A stretch of DNA of 64,000 nt from Tubiluchus corallicola (Eukaryota; Animalia; Priapulida): NCBI GenBank assembly GCA_030141605.1, contig JAQGDQ010000114.1, forward strand, positions 496,001-560,000, given 5' to 3'. The notes below the pieces were generated by a model, which had not been told where the DNA came from, did not search any database, and saw only the letters and a list, made by a program, of their open reading frames with translations. How positions within the stretch are numbered: position 1 is the first letter of the stretch; each line of letters starts with the position of its first letter. Made by a program: the position numbers and the translations under genes. This document shows positions 1 through 14,672 of the stretch, one piece after another.

Positions 1-2080
1 AATTAATTGTGGATTTCTGCCATCATCGAAACCCTAGTGGTGCTGCTAAATAAAAAAACATCGTTTGATATAGACGTATAATGTGACCAATACCTTTGTA
101 AGACAAACCAAGAATAGTGAAATAGCTATACTATTTAAAAGCTCGTAAATATTGTCAAAATTTTACAAGTGACGAACACAAAACACTGCGTAGTTTTGAA
201 AACAATATCACGTTTAACGCTGTGCATAAATCAAGACTTGACACTTGCTTTTCCAAGAGTATCAAATAATCCAACATAATGGCTAAATTTTATTGCAGCG
301 AAAAATGCGCAGGAGAGCACATTTACAGAGAGCAAAATCCAACTGCATCGAACACGTCTCTACTGACTTGGACAACTGGGCGCAAGATATCTCTTTTTCT
401 TACACTATACATCTATAGTTTGTAGTTGATTAAAATCATCAGACGGTAGCAAAAACGTCATACTAGTTTTAACGTTCGGCTACCAAAAGAAGTTCCAAGG
501 CTTCCCTATGGTTGCGAGTCTATACTATCTACACACGCGAATGACAAACGTGCAACCCGACAGCTGCATTATATTTAGATGTTGACAAGGACCGGTGGAA
601 AGCAGCTCTGAAAATGTTAACGCATCATTAAGATGGACCTGAGTGGTAGTGTTGCGGTTTTTGTTTTTATAGACTTATTAGAATTACCTACAACGTTGGC
701 CGATTCATTAAACGCACTGAATAGGACCAAATCTTGTTACATATTGTTGTCATTGGTGTGGAAACAATTAAAAAATCAGACTACAGCTGTGTATAGGAAT
801 GAGTCCATCTGTTTGTGACAGTTTCTTATTTTATACAGTTTAGTACGAAATAACCCGGAATTCAACATTCAGCATCAAGGTAAACATAATGTAGTTTGTA
901 ATGGAACCGAACAATTCTCTGAGGAAAGACACAGAAGGACACTTTCCCACAACGCGAGAATCTGCCAGTCTTCATTGACGGCAACCCATACATTAACCAC
1001 GATAGCTGGTTAAACCTCACAGCGAAGCACGCATTATAATAAGAGCTAGTTCCCTTGTCCACGTAAATTTAAGGATTAAGCCTGGGCTGTTAGTCCATAG
1101 GTGCAACCATGATTCCTTATTCAAATTCGGGGTTTAAACTATGTCTTGTTTTTTGTACATTTTTTTCCTTTTGGTGTAGTTTTGTTTGAGTAATTTAATA
1201 GCTGATTGACTGAATTTACGTATAAACTGCGACATTCGTCACACATAATAAAATAATGGTACTACAATAAAATTTAATCTCACAATCCATTTTTTTCTGC
1301 AATTAAGTTAGTTAAGAATTTTACTAAAATAATGACATAACTTAATAAAATCGTGTTTCTAATTGATACCGAGACAGTTTAATAAGTTATGAAGTTTATA
1401 TTTAAATGTCTTAGTAGAACACAAAGATAAGACATTTTGCCAATAAATATGTCACTTTATTATAAAATTTATAATAAAGGAGCAAATCACAATTCGTGCA
1501 ACATACACAGGCAGAGACAAGCGCACACTAAAACAGTATACAAAAAAACTTCAATGCAAACAACTATCAGTTCGTAACAAACTTTAAAAACCATAGTTAC
1601 TTTAAAAATTTGACGTTAGCTATTGGTAAAAGTACAAAATTCCTACTAGGGCAGGCGCACAAGTGAATTTAACCACAGTGATTACTCTATAATAATATTC
1701 AGATTGCTAAGGTGAAATCATAACATTTAATCCACCTGCAATTTGAGTGCTCCTTTACTTATAGGTAACTGTAACTTATCTTTACACTGACTTAGGGTTG
1801 GCTAGATAAACAAAAAATTACAAAATCCTTGATGCAATTAAAGCTTTAAAACTGTTGCACATCAGTGTATTAAAGTTACTTGCAGCAAAGTGTAGTAAAG
1901 ATAGAAAGATGATGTATAAATTCGCTCAGTCAAACTATTACTAAATACTTAATTCTAGGAATTTTGCTCCTTTGAGCATCAAAGCACTGTTTTTCCACTC
2001 TAGCACGGAAGTTCATTTGTGTAAAAAGTTTGCGTTCTTATAAATCACTATGTCAAAAAAAAATTTCAATGAAATTCAGT

Positions 2081-2278
2081 AAGTGGCGTTTAGGTAGCAT
2101 GCGGATGCGGATGCATTTTCCACCTGTGGAACAGCTTCTATTTCTGCGGCAAAAAAGGTACAGCTGCAGAAAAAGAATGCATACGTAGGCTGCATAAACG
2201 GGTGATTTGGAAACAATATAAACCGATTTGATCTATTTCGCCCCCCCCCAAACTACGCATGCGACATAAACGCCACTT
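2081..2278. mobile_element. Small palindromic MITE (Harbinger-like)
   Basis: Imperfect ~23-bp TIR AAGTGGCGTTTAGGTAGCATGCG / CGCATGCGACATAAACGCCACTT. Confidence 0.6.
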
Positions 2279-3549
2279 TATGCAGCATAAAAAAAACGGG
2301 AAAAATAGTAATGGTCGTGACAGTACGTAAGGACAAACCAAACATTTTATACTACAATTGACAAGTTCTTTGGAGTACAAAATTTAACGGTACACAAAAA
2401 GTGTATCAAAAAGACCAGATGTACTTTAATGTTCGAATGATAAAAAATCGCACCACACAAGTGAAAACTATGTATCAAAACATTTGAGTCGAGTTTAACT
2501 TCTCTAAGACAGATGCTGCACTACTGCACAAAAACCTCAAAATATTAAAAAAAGGTTGCATAACTACAGAACAAATTTGCAAAGAAATGAGAAATGTCTA
2601 TTTTACAATTTAAAACAAGGTTTCCACTTTTGCTGAGAGGAATTCCTCAATTAGCATATTATACCAGTGGTGGTGACAATACAATCAATATTGCTAAACT
2701 GGAGAAAAATAAAAGTAACTAAAAATTCTATCAATTTAGCATGTGCTAAATTGAAAAGGTATTTCATTTTAACCCTTTGGTAACTTATAATATAATACAA
2801 ACAAAAGATGATAAGATGATTGTCATAACTAATAAATTAATTAAGTACAACATAAATGCATATACTAAACAGTGCTGTAATTACACGCACATTGTACAAC
2901 TGCCAATAATAATAAATACTATACAAACTCAGCTAAAATCTATCTGAAAAGAACAGTGGTATTAGCAGCAAAACTGAAGTACAGTATATACAAAAAGTAA
3001 ATACATACAAATTTTGTGCCAGGACATTCAAACCACTTCCAAAGTGCATCTTTTTACAATTCAAATGTCCACAAAATAAGAAATTTACAAAACTGCATAA
3101 AATGTACAGTACATAAAAATACTTGAAATATTTGGTTGAAAAATAGTGTTTAGCACAAGTTACTGATAAAGGGTTATTGTTCTCAAGAAACTATAGTTCA
3201 AGCAGATACTTGTCTTTCCAGTATTTATAGAAAAAACTATATTCTAGACTCGAAATTAATTCTTTTTATGATTCCTTACTTATAAGCATTCTACTGTAAG
3301 TACAATCTAAAAATGTGCTAATTAGAAAGGAATTAAAAATATGCCATTGTCTGCCAGCAGACGGAATACATTGAGATTACGAAGTCTGTGACGCCTATGT
3401 GTCATAGCAGATATGGATTTATTAACAAAACTGCAGCTTTGCTTAACTGTATCACAAAACTTATCATAGTGAAACGTATAGAAAAAACTTTATCAATATA
3501 AAATATCAGCAAGACAGCTGCCTCATTGCAGCTTACAAAAGGGTAGACC

Positions 3550-3700
3550 AGAGGTATAGCTCAATGATAGCAAACTTCCTACTGAGAGGACGTGGGTTCA
3601 ACTCCTGACACAGTAATATCAAAGACTAAGAAAAAGTGATAGCTGGTTCTTTGACCAAGCACATTTGTTTATCAAAGTAACAAGTGGATAATCCCTAGAT
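3550..3700 (+). mobile_element. tRNA-derived SINE remnant
   Basis: A-box TAGCTCAATG, B-box GGTTCAACTCC, then ATCAAAGACTAAGAAAAAGTGATAGCTG, similar to the copy at 57.2 kb. Confidence 0.5.
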
Positions 3701-5422
3701 TATGTCCTAAGTTATTGTTATTATTAATATTATATTACAGCCTTAAGAGTGATAACACTCTGTTATTGACCAAGTAGTTTTTAAAAATAAAATGCATTAT
3801 AAAATGGCCACTAAAAACGTGCACGTCGGTGGCATTGAGTTGACAGCAAATAACGTAATTGTTGTACTAGAAAATGTTCATAACACGAAAAAATTAAAAC
3901 ACTGAAGCTGTCAGTTAATCGGCACGAAATTCATTATTATTGGCTGCTAAGTTATGAAAGATGATAATTATAACAAGTTATAATTTAGATAAACAAGCAA
4001 TTGGTCAAAATTAGCAGTTCAGCAGTAAACTGAGCGTAAGTGTAAACATAGCCAGCCAAACAGATACTTCAGCCAGTACAGAAAAAGACATTTAAAAAGA
4101 AAAATTATTATCATGAAATCTACAAAAAAAGATTTAAATTGAAGATTCATGTTGAAACTGAAAAAAATACGCATCATAGTAACTTAGAAAAGAATATTTT
4201 TTTGTACTAAAGATTCCAGACTTCAGTACTTGCTAATTGCATAGTAGATCGAGATATAATGAAACATGCATCAGGGTACCTACTAAATATAAGGACTTAG
4301 TGCAAACAATGATTAAAATTAGAATCATTTAAAGCCACTGCAAAACATTCCAAGCGTCTTTCTTTGACAGGGAAAAATGTCCATTAAGTAAGAAGGTAAA
4401 TTTCCTGTGACTAGTAAAAAGTAAAAATTTAAAGTGTAAATGATAAGTGAAAATTCCCTTATCAGTTGAATATATTTACAGTCTTCTGGTAGAAGACAGC
4501 GAGAAAAAATGACAACACACACAATGTAGATGGCAAGTTGCCAACATATGAATGAATCCAAATCTTTCATAGAACCATTTTGGTATTTTACATTCTGTGT
4601 TCATTAGAAGGAAGCTCAAAACTAATTAAATAAGGTCTTAGTGATTAAGCATTCCAGTGAACATGTGATGTCATGAAAAATCCTGAAAAGAGCAGAACAG
4701 ATGATAATATTGTGGAACTGACTGATTTTGTGAAAAGTTTTCTATCATGAACGGCTTTAGTGAGTAGAATTGCACAAAACAATTTTGTCACTTATTAACA
4801 CAAAAATTAGTTATATTTTTTCATCACCCTTTTCTTGAAATATCAAATCAGTCAACACTCTGTGTACCAGTGGTTCAGCTGTGAATGAAAATGTGCTGGC
4901 TTATTCACTAAAAATGCTTGTGAAAAAACTTCCTTGCGTAGATGATTTAGTACACGAATATGCCAAATTGGCAAAAAATATTTTTAGCACAAATCTTAGC
5001 AACAATAGATGAAATGTAGCTAAGTAACATATTAAAGAAAACAGTCAGCTCTCATGTTCAGATTTTTAATTGTACAATTTCTGGTATTACTCTTTCGATA
5101 CCATTACTTTTTGTCACTATCAAGGGCTTAAAACAGAAATAACAGCAGATTTTGGTTAAAAACCTGCAAGTCATTTTCTTTTCTACATTTTAGAAAAAAA
5201 CATGACAAAAGGAAAACTTGCATGTGTAAAAAGTCTTATCTGTGTAACCGTGTAAGTCAAGTGGATCAATCTAAGTATTAATCACACTGAACTAGCCAAT
5301 TCAGCCTAACAGTTCCTATATCCAATGAGCACCAACTGTTTAAAAGACCTTATAACAATGAAAGCTCGTATGGCAGTCAGGAGAACATACAAGGTACCTA
5401 TTTACAGAGAAATAGCCGCATG

Positions 5423-5582
5423 TCATGTTTTTGAGTCATAGTCCTCGCTTTCAGCATAGTCGCCTTCATCATCATCGTCTTCTAGTTTCGGACGTGAGGA
5501 CTTGGCTTTCGTTTTAACAGTTGATTCAATACTAGTTGAGATGACATCTTCTTCTTCACCCTCGAAGTCATCATCATACATA
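5423..5582 (-). CDS. PPP2R3B: PP2A B'' subunit last coding exon (acidic tail)
   Basis: Pyrimidine tract plus CAG acceptor; in phase MYDDDFEGEEED...YDSKT then TGA. Confidence 0.82.
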
Positions 5583-6349
5583 CTGGAAGTAAGAAAGCTA
5601 CAAAATGGAAAACAAGTCACCTAGTAACTAACAATGCAAGGACTATAATTACCAATTTCATATTAAGTGAATAGTGATCATATTTATTTTCCTTTCTGAA
5701 AATTTGAAACCGTTTTCGTTTTCAACCTTAGAGTATCAATATACATAATTCATCAATGCTAGCAGCTTAACAGTCAAACTATCTTCATACTTTGTTTTTG
5801 CTGAATTTACTTGTCAGACATTGACTGCCAACCATAAGCATTATTGCATTAGGGCACGTTCTCTTCCAGGCCACTACGAGTATATGAGTAGTTCATCCAA
5901 TTCATACAAAAACTTGGCTACATGCCAATGCTGCTAATGCATTTGCTAGCAGTCAGTTCAGTTACATTACGCAATAGTTGAGTGGCATGTTACCTCAAGT
6001 AATAAAATATAATTATGCGAGTTAAATACTAGCTGCCTTAAATTTTGGCCGAGTAAGTGGAAGATGCGCTATACAATGCAGTGGCCGTAAAAATGTTACA
6101 GGACACAGAACTTACAGTCCCCTCACTTACACGTACTAACACAAACTCATACACATTAGATATGTACAAAGGCACTGACAGGTATCACTTGGTGAGAAAA
6201 TAGAGGAGCAGGTGGAAAACTGAATGAAAACAAGTATAATTGGATAATTTCATTAGTTATTTATATAGGCAGACTTTTCTCGAAATGCAAAAAGTTAGTG
6301 CAACCACCATTGTCAGAAATGTTAAGTTCTCAAAATGCAAGATACTTAC

Positions 6350-6450
6350 ACATCATCCTGAGGATCACTGGCACCTTCTTCAGCTACGAGCAACTCGTAC
6401 TCATCGGCTGCATATTTCTCCCAATCAGACAGCTCTGGTCCATCTTCATC
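6350..6450 (-). CDS. PPP2R3B: PP2A B'' subunit exon
   Basis: DEDGPELSDWEKYAADEYELLVAEE; canonical splice sites. Confidence 0.93.
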
Positions 6451-6769
6451 CTGTTACAGAGAATACATTCAGAATAAATTGTTACACAAAACAGCAAGAA
6501 ACTCCAAACACTTGCCATACTGCTACTTTTTAAAGGTTGTAGACAGGTTGTAGATTAACACAAATGCCTAGTGATCAATGCTGGCACTACATGGAGGAAA
6601 ATATTACATAAATTATTGCTATTATTAATCTTTTATTCATACAAAATTTTTTATACAGCGATGTAGTTTTAGTAAAAATAATTAATACAATAAAAAATAA
6701 TTTTTGTTAACAAAAAAAAAACGAAAGATGATGAAATCCATATACATATCGCCATCATGTTATATGCAG

Positions 6770-9560
6770 TTGCTTACACATTCATAAAATGTTTCTGTAA
6801 CTTTTCTTTTCACATTAAAATTAAAGCAAAGAGTACAACCATACAGTAAGAGTCATTTATAAAATACACCATTTTTGGTATAACAAGTGATTCGGAATTT
6901 TGAATTCTTCTTAAAAATCCCAATTTACGACTGTTAATCAAAAAATTTGCTGGCATGGTACCGCAATATTACATAAGTAGTTTTACACTTTTCTTTTGTT
7001 TGAAGTCAAATATTTTTCTACACGCACAGTTCCAACTTGCTCTAATTACATTCACATGTATAGTGGAAATGCTAACAATTTCACACCAGTACAAAAATGG
7101 GAAGACAATAATAACTAACTAATGTTTTTGGCACTATTGAGTGAGTTTCGGCCCCATTGTCGACAAGATATTATTAAAGACCTGAAATATTTATGCTTCA
7201 GTCTTGTAATGTCAACTACTAAGTCTTCATCAATGTTAATATCAGACCCTAAATAATTTACACTATTTTCCCACTTCAATAACATACCACAAAACAAAAT
7301 GTTTCAGCATCATTTTTCCAAGCTTTTTCCAAAATATAACAACGCTGTCTTCTTTGGATTAAAAGTACATACTCCAATGTTTACCATATATTTCAAATAT
7401 TTTTGGCATTTCTCTAAGTTCCCTATAAGAACCAGCAAGCAAGAATACATCATCTGCATACAATACAGAGCCTACAAATGTTTCTCCAACATAACATGCA
7501 TACCCTTCTCTACGTAATTGTCTTATAAGATCATATACAACAGAGAACTGGAGACGGTACTCTACCCTGCCTTACTCCAGATTTAAAATAGAATTCATCA
7601 CTTTTTACATTCTCCCATTTCACATATGCAGATAATTTGTTGCACCATTCTACTAAAATTCTAATGAATGATCTAGGAACGTCTTTATCTAAAAGTTTCA
7701 AAAACAATCAATCTACAGTCTAAAACTTTGTCAAATGCCTTAGAAACGTTTAAAAATGCTATATATATATATCGGACGGACTATTTCTTTTTGTAAAGAA
7801 ATTTACAGTCTCCTTAATTAAGTAAGTTGTGTGGCTACAACTGGACCGATTTTTGTATCCAAATTGTAATTGATCGCTCTGTAAATAATTACCAAATCTG
7901 AGTAACAAAACAGATTCGAAAAGTTTAGGTATGACTGGTAACGGTGTGACCACACGAGAGTTATTAAAATCCATTAGATCACCTTTAGCGCCCTTAACTA
8001 GAGGTTTTATAACCCCTTTTGAAAAATTGTCAGATACGTAACCACGAATAAGCATTAAATTAAATAACAATGACAAATACAGTGATAATGCTCTTGGTGA
8101 ATATAGAATATGTTCTTCGTACAATCATCAAAACCTGTTGATTTGTTACCATCCAAACCCTGACATAAATGCCAAACCTCATCCAGAGTTACTGTGAAGT
8201 CCATTATAGTATCCTCTACTTATAATAGATATAATTATATCTAGTCAACTTACTGTAAAAGCTAAGTTCTAATTCATCATTTAAATTTTTATTGTCTAAA
8301 ATCTTTCTCGAAATCAGCCTTAAATTCATTTGTGACCGCATGTAATCCTACAGCATCGTTCACTTTTTTCGCAAAAACTTTACTTTGAGAAACAAACTTA
8401 TTTTTCCAAGTCTTCCAGAAACTGTTCATGTTTTTGCATATTAGGTTGCAATAATGACTAATGTTTGTTTGCTGGTCAGAGTTTCTTTTTGCTTCATTAA
8501 TAGCTTGTTAGTACAATAATTAATTTCTCAACCTGTCAGCGCTAATAATACCAGATCTTGGTTGACCAGCAGTTTTCCATCACAAATGTGCATCAATAGA
8601 TTTACATTTGAGTTCCACTTAACCTATCATTCCACCAATGCTTTTGATACTCAGTTACATGAATTAGAATGCAGAATTTATCTACATTTAAAAGCATATC
8701 TACAATGTTATTATAAAATACATTTAACAAAACCTTGTGATCCACATCATTGGACAGTAACGCAATAAGTGCAGTGGTAAAGGTACAGTTCTTAAATCAT
8801 CTTCCATTTAGTTTGATACATATTTAAAAAAATTTGCTTCTAACATATATGCGCTTGTCTGTTATTACTACAATTAATGAGATCTCTGTTGACATTTTGA
8901 TCACATTTTTATGTAAAAGCTTTAGGCAAGTGGTCTGTCAAATTATCGCCTTCGTTAATGACATTTAATTATGCATACTACTGCAAAGCTGTTTTGTACA
9001 GATCACGTGATCGATATACGTATAAGTGCCCAATATTTCATTAGAAAAAGTATAGGAGCCCTGAATGATGTTCGAATCCCATTCAAAGGTCATTTGTATT
9101 TACCAAATTTAATAATAAACGTTGATCTTTAGACAATCTGTACCTTTCAACATTAAAATCACCTAAAATTAAGATGTTGTAATTGTCATAATTATCTATT
9201 AAATTTCTAATTACCATTATGAACTCTTCAAACGTGTAGTGCAACTGGCATCATAATCATTGTCACATGGCATATAAACATTTACTTGTACAACATCTCT
9301 TCAATTTCTACCTAAATTTTTCAACTTTATTGCCAAGCATCAGTTAAAATTGATTTTAATAATGTTAATATATCTTGCTATTATTTTACTACAAGTGGAC
9401 GGCCTCTTAATATGCTAGCTTGTGTTGCTTCATCCGTACCAGACGCTTTGTAAACAATATGAGTATTAGAGAGATTGTCTAGTTTATACAAATGCCTTGT
9501 GTGGGTTGGTAGCCATAGATTTCAACAATCACTATTAATTATTAATATTCCATGTAGCTT
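6770..9560 (-). mobile_element. Decayed non-LTR retrotransposon (CR1/L2-group) ORF2, endonuclease plus reverse transcriptase
   Basis: Frameshifted remnants of APE motifs (VYMPCD, ILGDFN, IDHV) and RT motifs (QFGYKNRSSC, SKAFDK, GVRQG, LYADD). Confidence 0.85.
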
Positions 9561-9851
9561 AATTAGCCATCCATACTGACAAAAATGAGATTGAGTCATT
9601 GCACTGCTTTTCTGTTAACATTTTGTAAGTGATTCTGGTTTTTGCCTGCACTGATTGTTTATACACCTTTTAGCAATCCATAAATCACGATCTAGTATTC
9701 AGCAGCAGGGCCTATTTTAGATAGTTGTGGGAGATCGTTTTTTATATTTGGCATCAGTTCCCTAAAGAAATCGGCTTAAATATATGGTATCATAGCAAAA
9801 CAAATTAAACAAAAGTAACTAGTAATTTATCAATTTAGTAATTTAACATAC

Positions 9852-10001
9852 TCGTGTTGAAGCAAATGGATCTCGCTGCTCATGGTCCAGGTATTTTTCT
9901 AAATTGAAGAACGTATCGAAGAAGATTGGTGTCATCATGGAAGCCTTCAAGTCGGATAATGTGATCTTGTTTGGATCCTTTGGTTTCACCATATCTAACA
10001 T
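9852..10001 (-). CDS. PPP2R3B: PP2A B'' subunit exon
   Basis: MLDMVKPKDPNKITLSDLK...FFDTFFNLEKYLDHEQRDPF; canonical splice sites. Confidence 0.94.
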
Positions 10002-10502
10002 CTGAAGACAAGACAGAGATCAAAGACTGTATTAGTACTATACTCACAAATTTATGCAATTAAATTTTAAATGCTCCTTATAAATGATTACAATGTTTTA
10101 ACTCTTTGATATTAATGAAGAATGAATGAATGAATGAAATACTGTATTGCAAAAGACTTGTTCTTATTACTTGGCTAACAGCAGGGCTTATAAATATTTT
10201 TATATAATTTGCCAAATTTCTTATGTAGCACTGTACACACACTGTATTTTTTCACTGTTACCTGTAATATGTATTGTTCTCTAAAAGACTACATGCTGAA
10301 TGATATTACATTTGTAAATTGGAAACTGACTGATGTCATACTATTCATGATTCGCCATACATTATAAATTAGAATACGCTTTAACTAATGAACAAAATCC
10401 ACTTACTTCAAGAGACATTAAATCATGCATTAGAACAATTAGCGTACAATATTAATTGAGATATATCCAATCTTCAGAATGCCGTAGACAATAGTATTTT
10501 AC

Positions 10503-10647
10503 CTGACATAGACAATCCTCGAATGGCAAAGTTTCAATTCCAAGAGCTTCCATTCGTTGTAGTTGCTCTTCATAAAAATATTCAAGTTCATACATTGATA
10601 ATGACCCGTCACCATCAAGGTCCATACACCGAAACCAGTACTCTATG
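10503..10647 (-). CDS. PPP2R3B: PP2A B'' subunit exon (EF-hand 2)
   Basis: IEYWFRCMDLDGDGSLSMYELEYFYEEQ...LPFEDCLCQ. Confidence 0.95.
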
Positions 10648-11056
10648 CTAAAAATATGTCAAAATTTGTTACTAACATTATGACAAGATCCACATTCTGG
10701 TTTAAATAGATCCATTATGGTGATATAGTTAAGTGAGTTTAATCAAATCTGATTACAATAAACACAGATACATTATAAAATATTTTAAAAGGCAAGACTA
10801 AAACTGTTATCTATTTAATTTTGTAATGCTATAATTATGCAGCAAAATCTTGCTGATTTCCTTCTGTTTCTGAGAAATAGCAACTTTCAACCAAAAAACC
10901 TCAAGTGTGTCAGTAGCAGGTTCATGTTAATAGCAATTCACAAACTTATTTTTAATTAATTTTAACAAGAAATTTGCTACTAAGACGAAAATATTATGAT
11001 TATGATTTGTGATTATCAACATCACAAATACTTCACAAGCAAAAAACACATTTTAC

Positions 11057-11192
11057 CTTCTAGGATTTCGTTTATCTTCCTCGGAAATTAAAAACCATAC
11101 AAATTCTGAGTAACTCATGCGTCCCTCTTGCTGTGCCTGCCCTCTAGTGACTGCACCGGAAAATATTCTGTCTACTATTCTAGCAGAAAGTG
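11057..11192 (-). CDS. PPP2R3B: PP2A B'' subunit exon
   Basis: LSARIVDRIFSGAVTRG...MSYSEFVWFLISEEDKRNPR; canonical splice sites. Confidence 0.94.
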
Positions 11193-11787
11193 CTGAAACC
11201 AAATATTACATTTGTTATTTTATCAACTGGGCACCACAGAGTTGTATATGCTTAAGTCAAGATTTAAGAATTCATGAGGTTGTGAAACAAGTCATTGTTA
11301 TGTATTTCATTTTTTGTGACAGAATGCAAAGAAAGTTTTAATTTCAGAACTCATTGGATGTCACTCAAAACATTTATGATGCAACAATGGTGAAAGTATG
11401 CAAAAACTTACAAATGTACTTGCAGCTGCCTATAATTTAGCTTTAACAACATCTCATTGTACTCTTTCTTCTGCGTTTGTACTGCTCTACCATTCAGGCG
11501 ACAGTATGCAAATCAACAAGTGTGCAGTAGAAGATTCAATACTTCCTGTGACTTCTTTATTTTGCTTCTTTATTAACGTTTATCTGCTTACTCTACTGCC
11601 TCAGGTATGTTAATGTAGCAAACATGGAAACTTCAGATGCTTCATAAGAATATAATGTACCAGGTAATCAGTGGGTAAGAAGAGTAAGCCAACATTAGTC
11701 CCTTGCGAGATGTACAGGTTTGTCAAACTAGTCAACAGCGATCTCTTATTAAATGTCACTTAATATAAAAAATCAAGAAATTAGTAC

Positions 11788-11944
11788 CATGGTCATTATG
11801 TCGCCGTAAATCAGCTTTGCTTATTAATAAATCATGGTCCTTGTCCAGCTCCCAAAATTTACAGTAAATCACATAGAAGTGCTCATACGAAAAGTAATCT
11901 GATATTTGATTAATATCACTTTCATCTTCTAGCAATGCCAACAC
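11788..11944 (-). CDS. PPP2R3B: PP2A B'' subunit exon (EF-hand 1)
   Basis: [46 protein letters not shown], a family hallmark sequence. Confidence 0.95.
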
Positions 11945-12434
11945 CTAAAATAAAAAAAGGAAATGTTTAAAAAATAACTGCTAAATCTTTTATGTAGTGC
12001 AAAACACTATATATAAAAGCATAGTATCAGTATAACAGAGGTTACTTAATTTAGATATTTGTTATGAAGCTAGAACTATATTTAAGATGAATGATGAACC
12101 TCTTAAGATCCCACACCGAAAAGGCATCAGCTACAAACTGATGCGTATATATATATATATATTATATATATGTATGTATATCAGGGATAAGCGGACCACA
12201 GTCCTTCAGATTGGATTATTTATTGTTGCATAAGATTTGGTTCACTTCCATTATTTTAACTTGATTCTAAATTAAAACTAACCCTGTTATCAGAATTGTT
12301 AATTGGAAAATTTGCAGATCAGGATGGATAACAGATTTGAAATTGTTCTGTGGATTCAAATTCATGTTAGATAATTTCAATGCAATTCAGATAAACTACA
12401 ATAAAAGATTAAATAACCACATGTATTCACTTAC

Positions 12435-12521
12435 TTGAAGAAAATTGCTATTTCTAAGTTCTGGCACTGTTATTTTTCCTGACCATGACCTATTAACACA
12501 GTAGTATATCCTTGCAATAAC
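12435..12521 (-). CDS. PPP2R3B: PP2A B'' subunit exon
   Basis: VIARIYYCVNRSWSGKITVPELRNSNFLQ; canonical splice sites. Confidence 0.93.
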
Positions 12522-14166
12522 CTAAGCAAAAACAAAAAAATGTTTTATCTAATATAAAAAGTTTTAGTCAGTTACTTGTGTACTGTGGAACTTAAAAATA
12601 CTTTATTATACCACATTTGTGCACGATGCCCCAGTAAAGAATAAAAAAATAAGAACATAATCAAAAAGGAATTAAATTACATACGTAATTGGACAAACTT
12701 TAAACATGTCAATCCACTAAAATATGATTAAGATGCAAGCAAAAAAGAATGTAAAGAGTTCAAGCAAAAATGTGTTGAAATACCAAACTGTCACAACACT
12801 GCAGCAGATGCACTGATTCCACTGAACCACAACAACATTCAGCTGGCCCAGAACCCAAACAAAGAAAGAATGATAGAAAGATTCTACGGAGTTGCAAATC
12901 TGATTATAAAAGGTAAATCTACTAAAGATGTTTTATGAATAAACAGGCAGCTTTGCACTACACCCGATTTTAGACAAACTTGCATTAATAAGAAATTTGT
13001 CAATTAGGACAAAATTTAGATAGCCACAATTCGGTTACATAGTATGCACTAACAATAACAGGAAATCTGATTATCCGAAAAAATTGTGAAATGTTTATCT
13101 TTTAACGTATCTAATATTGTCATCACTAATAAATACTTTGGTCAAAATTTGAAACAAAATTTAATAATTCATTTATTACATTTTTATTTTGCAAATCAGA
13201 ACACTGCTTGTGCACTTTCTGTAATGACCATCATTTTCCAGTATCAGCGAATTGTTTAAACCTCTGCAAGTAATACAGCTCTGACTTTGATACATTTTAA
13301 TAGTATCACAGGAAAAGCATTTCTGACGAACTGCTTATTAATATTGGATTCCCTAGTTATTGCATATACATTATACAATTCTACAAAGCTAGATAGTTTT
13401 AAAAAAATCATAATAGAATATTGTTAAGAAAGTTCCCGTGTAAGCACACTGTTACGACCCGCTTGTTAGTTCAAAATTGTGTGGCAGGTTCGCCTGCTTT
13501 TTGACATTTTTGTTTCATTATTTTGTTAAACGTTAATAAACCAACTGGTAATGTGATAAATGTATCTCCGGGAGTTTAATACGACTTTTTGTTCAACTTC
13601 AACTCATATCAACACTCTTCAGAATGCAGTTTAACTCAGACTGGGAAGGTGTTGTCGAAATTTCAATTGATTTATTATTGCTAGTACAAAAATTTAAATA
13701 ATTTAATACATGTACTTAACACCGGAAACTTTGTTAAATTTTATCAAAGAAAGGATAGGTTATCGTGTATATTTATCATGAACATAAATATAGTGCACTC
13801 TAGTGCTATTAACAGGAGGCTATGTAATTAACAAGGAGTCACTGTGCTTGTGGTTGTACTGCTGTTGTGCAGTCACTTTAGTGTTAACTACTGTTATGGC
13901 AATTTCAAAACCTAAAGTAACACAAATTAAAAGATACTACTATGTCAGAATAACTACTTATATAACTTTAAATTATATGAAACAGCCCAGTTAATAACTA
14001 AGTGGCACACTAGCAAATCACTGAGTGACTTTAAAATATTAATAGCACATTAGAAATGAAATGTATGTTTTAAGAATGTCAGTGAGAAGATACAAACATA
14101 TTATTGCAATTAAGCAGGTAAGCAAAGGACTAAAACACATACTCGGGCTACAGTAAAATTTCTCAC

Positions 14167-14241
14167 CGTATGAACATATCTACTGTGGAATTCCTTAGCT
14201 TCTCCCAGAAAGGAAAGGCCTGGATGAGTATCGACTATATC
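14167..14241 (-). CDS. PPP2R3B: PP2A B'' subunit exon
   Basis: DIVDTHPGLSFLGEAKEFHSRYVHT; canonical splice sites. Confidence 0.93.
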
Positions 14242-14317
14242 CTGAAACAGCAGTACATAAGTATAATAACATTAACATAGTGCAAATTGCTATATTGCTA
14301 TGATTTCAACATAATAA

Positions 14318-14672
14318 GCCTTTTCACAGTTTTACATGCAGTTACGGTAGGTCAAACGTTAAGTGTACAGAGCAATGCATCTTAACTACAACCATCATGT
14401 GACATGTGGATACAGCAAAGCCAGCTGTTTCACCAGTTCAGTAACTTCAGTTGTTTCACGTTATTTATTTATGCGTAGTAAGTCTGCAATTTGCCAGGAG
14501 GATTCTGTTAAAAAATGAATTAGGTAAGGTTCTAGCTAGCTGTTAAAACTGTTACTATTACAACAGCTTGGGCTGTGAGGCGCTGTCAAGTGTACACAAA
14601 TGCATTGTTTGGTACACTTAACCTTTGACCTTTTCACGATCATCATCAATCGCTGGAACTGTGAACACAGGC
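14318..14672. mobile_element. PIF/Harbinger-like MITE
   Basis: GCC...GGC ends with TAA on both flanks; internal inverted pair AGGTCAAACGTTAAGTGTAC / GTACACTTAACCTTTGACCT. Confidence 0.65.

Noticed and set aside
1-60. Possible minus-strand exon start at the window edge (TTTATTTAG acceptor)
   Set aside because: Too short to assign a frame or product; there may be a neighbouring gene beyond the window.
7759-8124. 121-aa reverse-transcriptase-like ORF as an active gene
   Set aside because: Fragment of a LINE with many surrounding stops and frameshifts.
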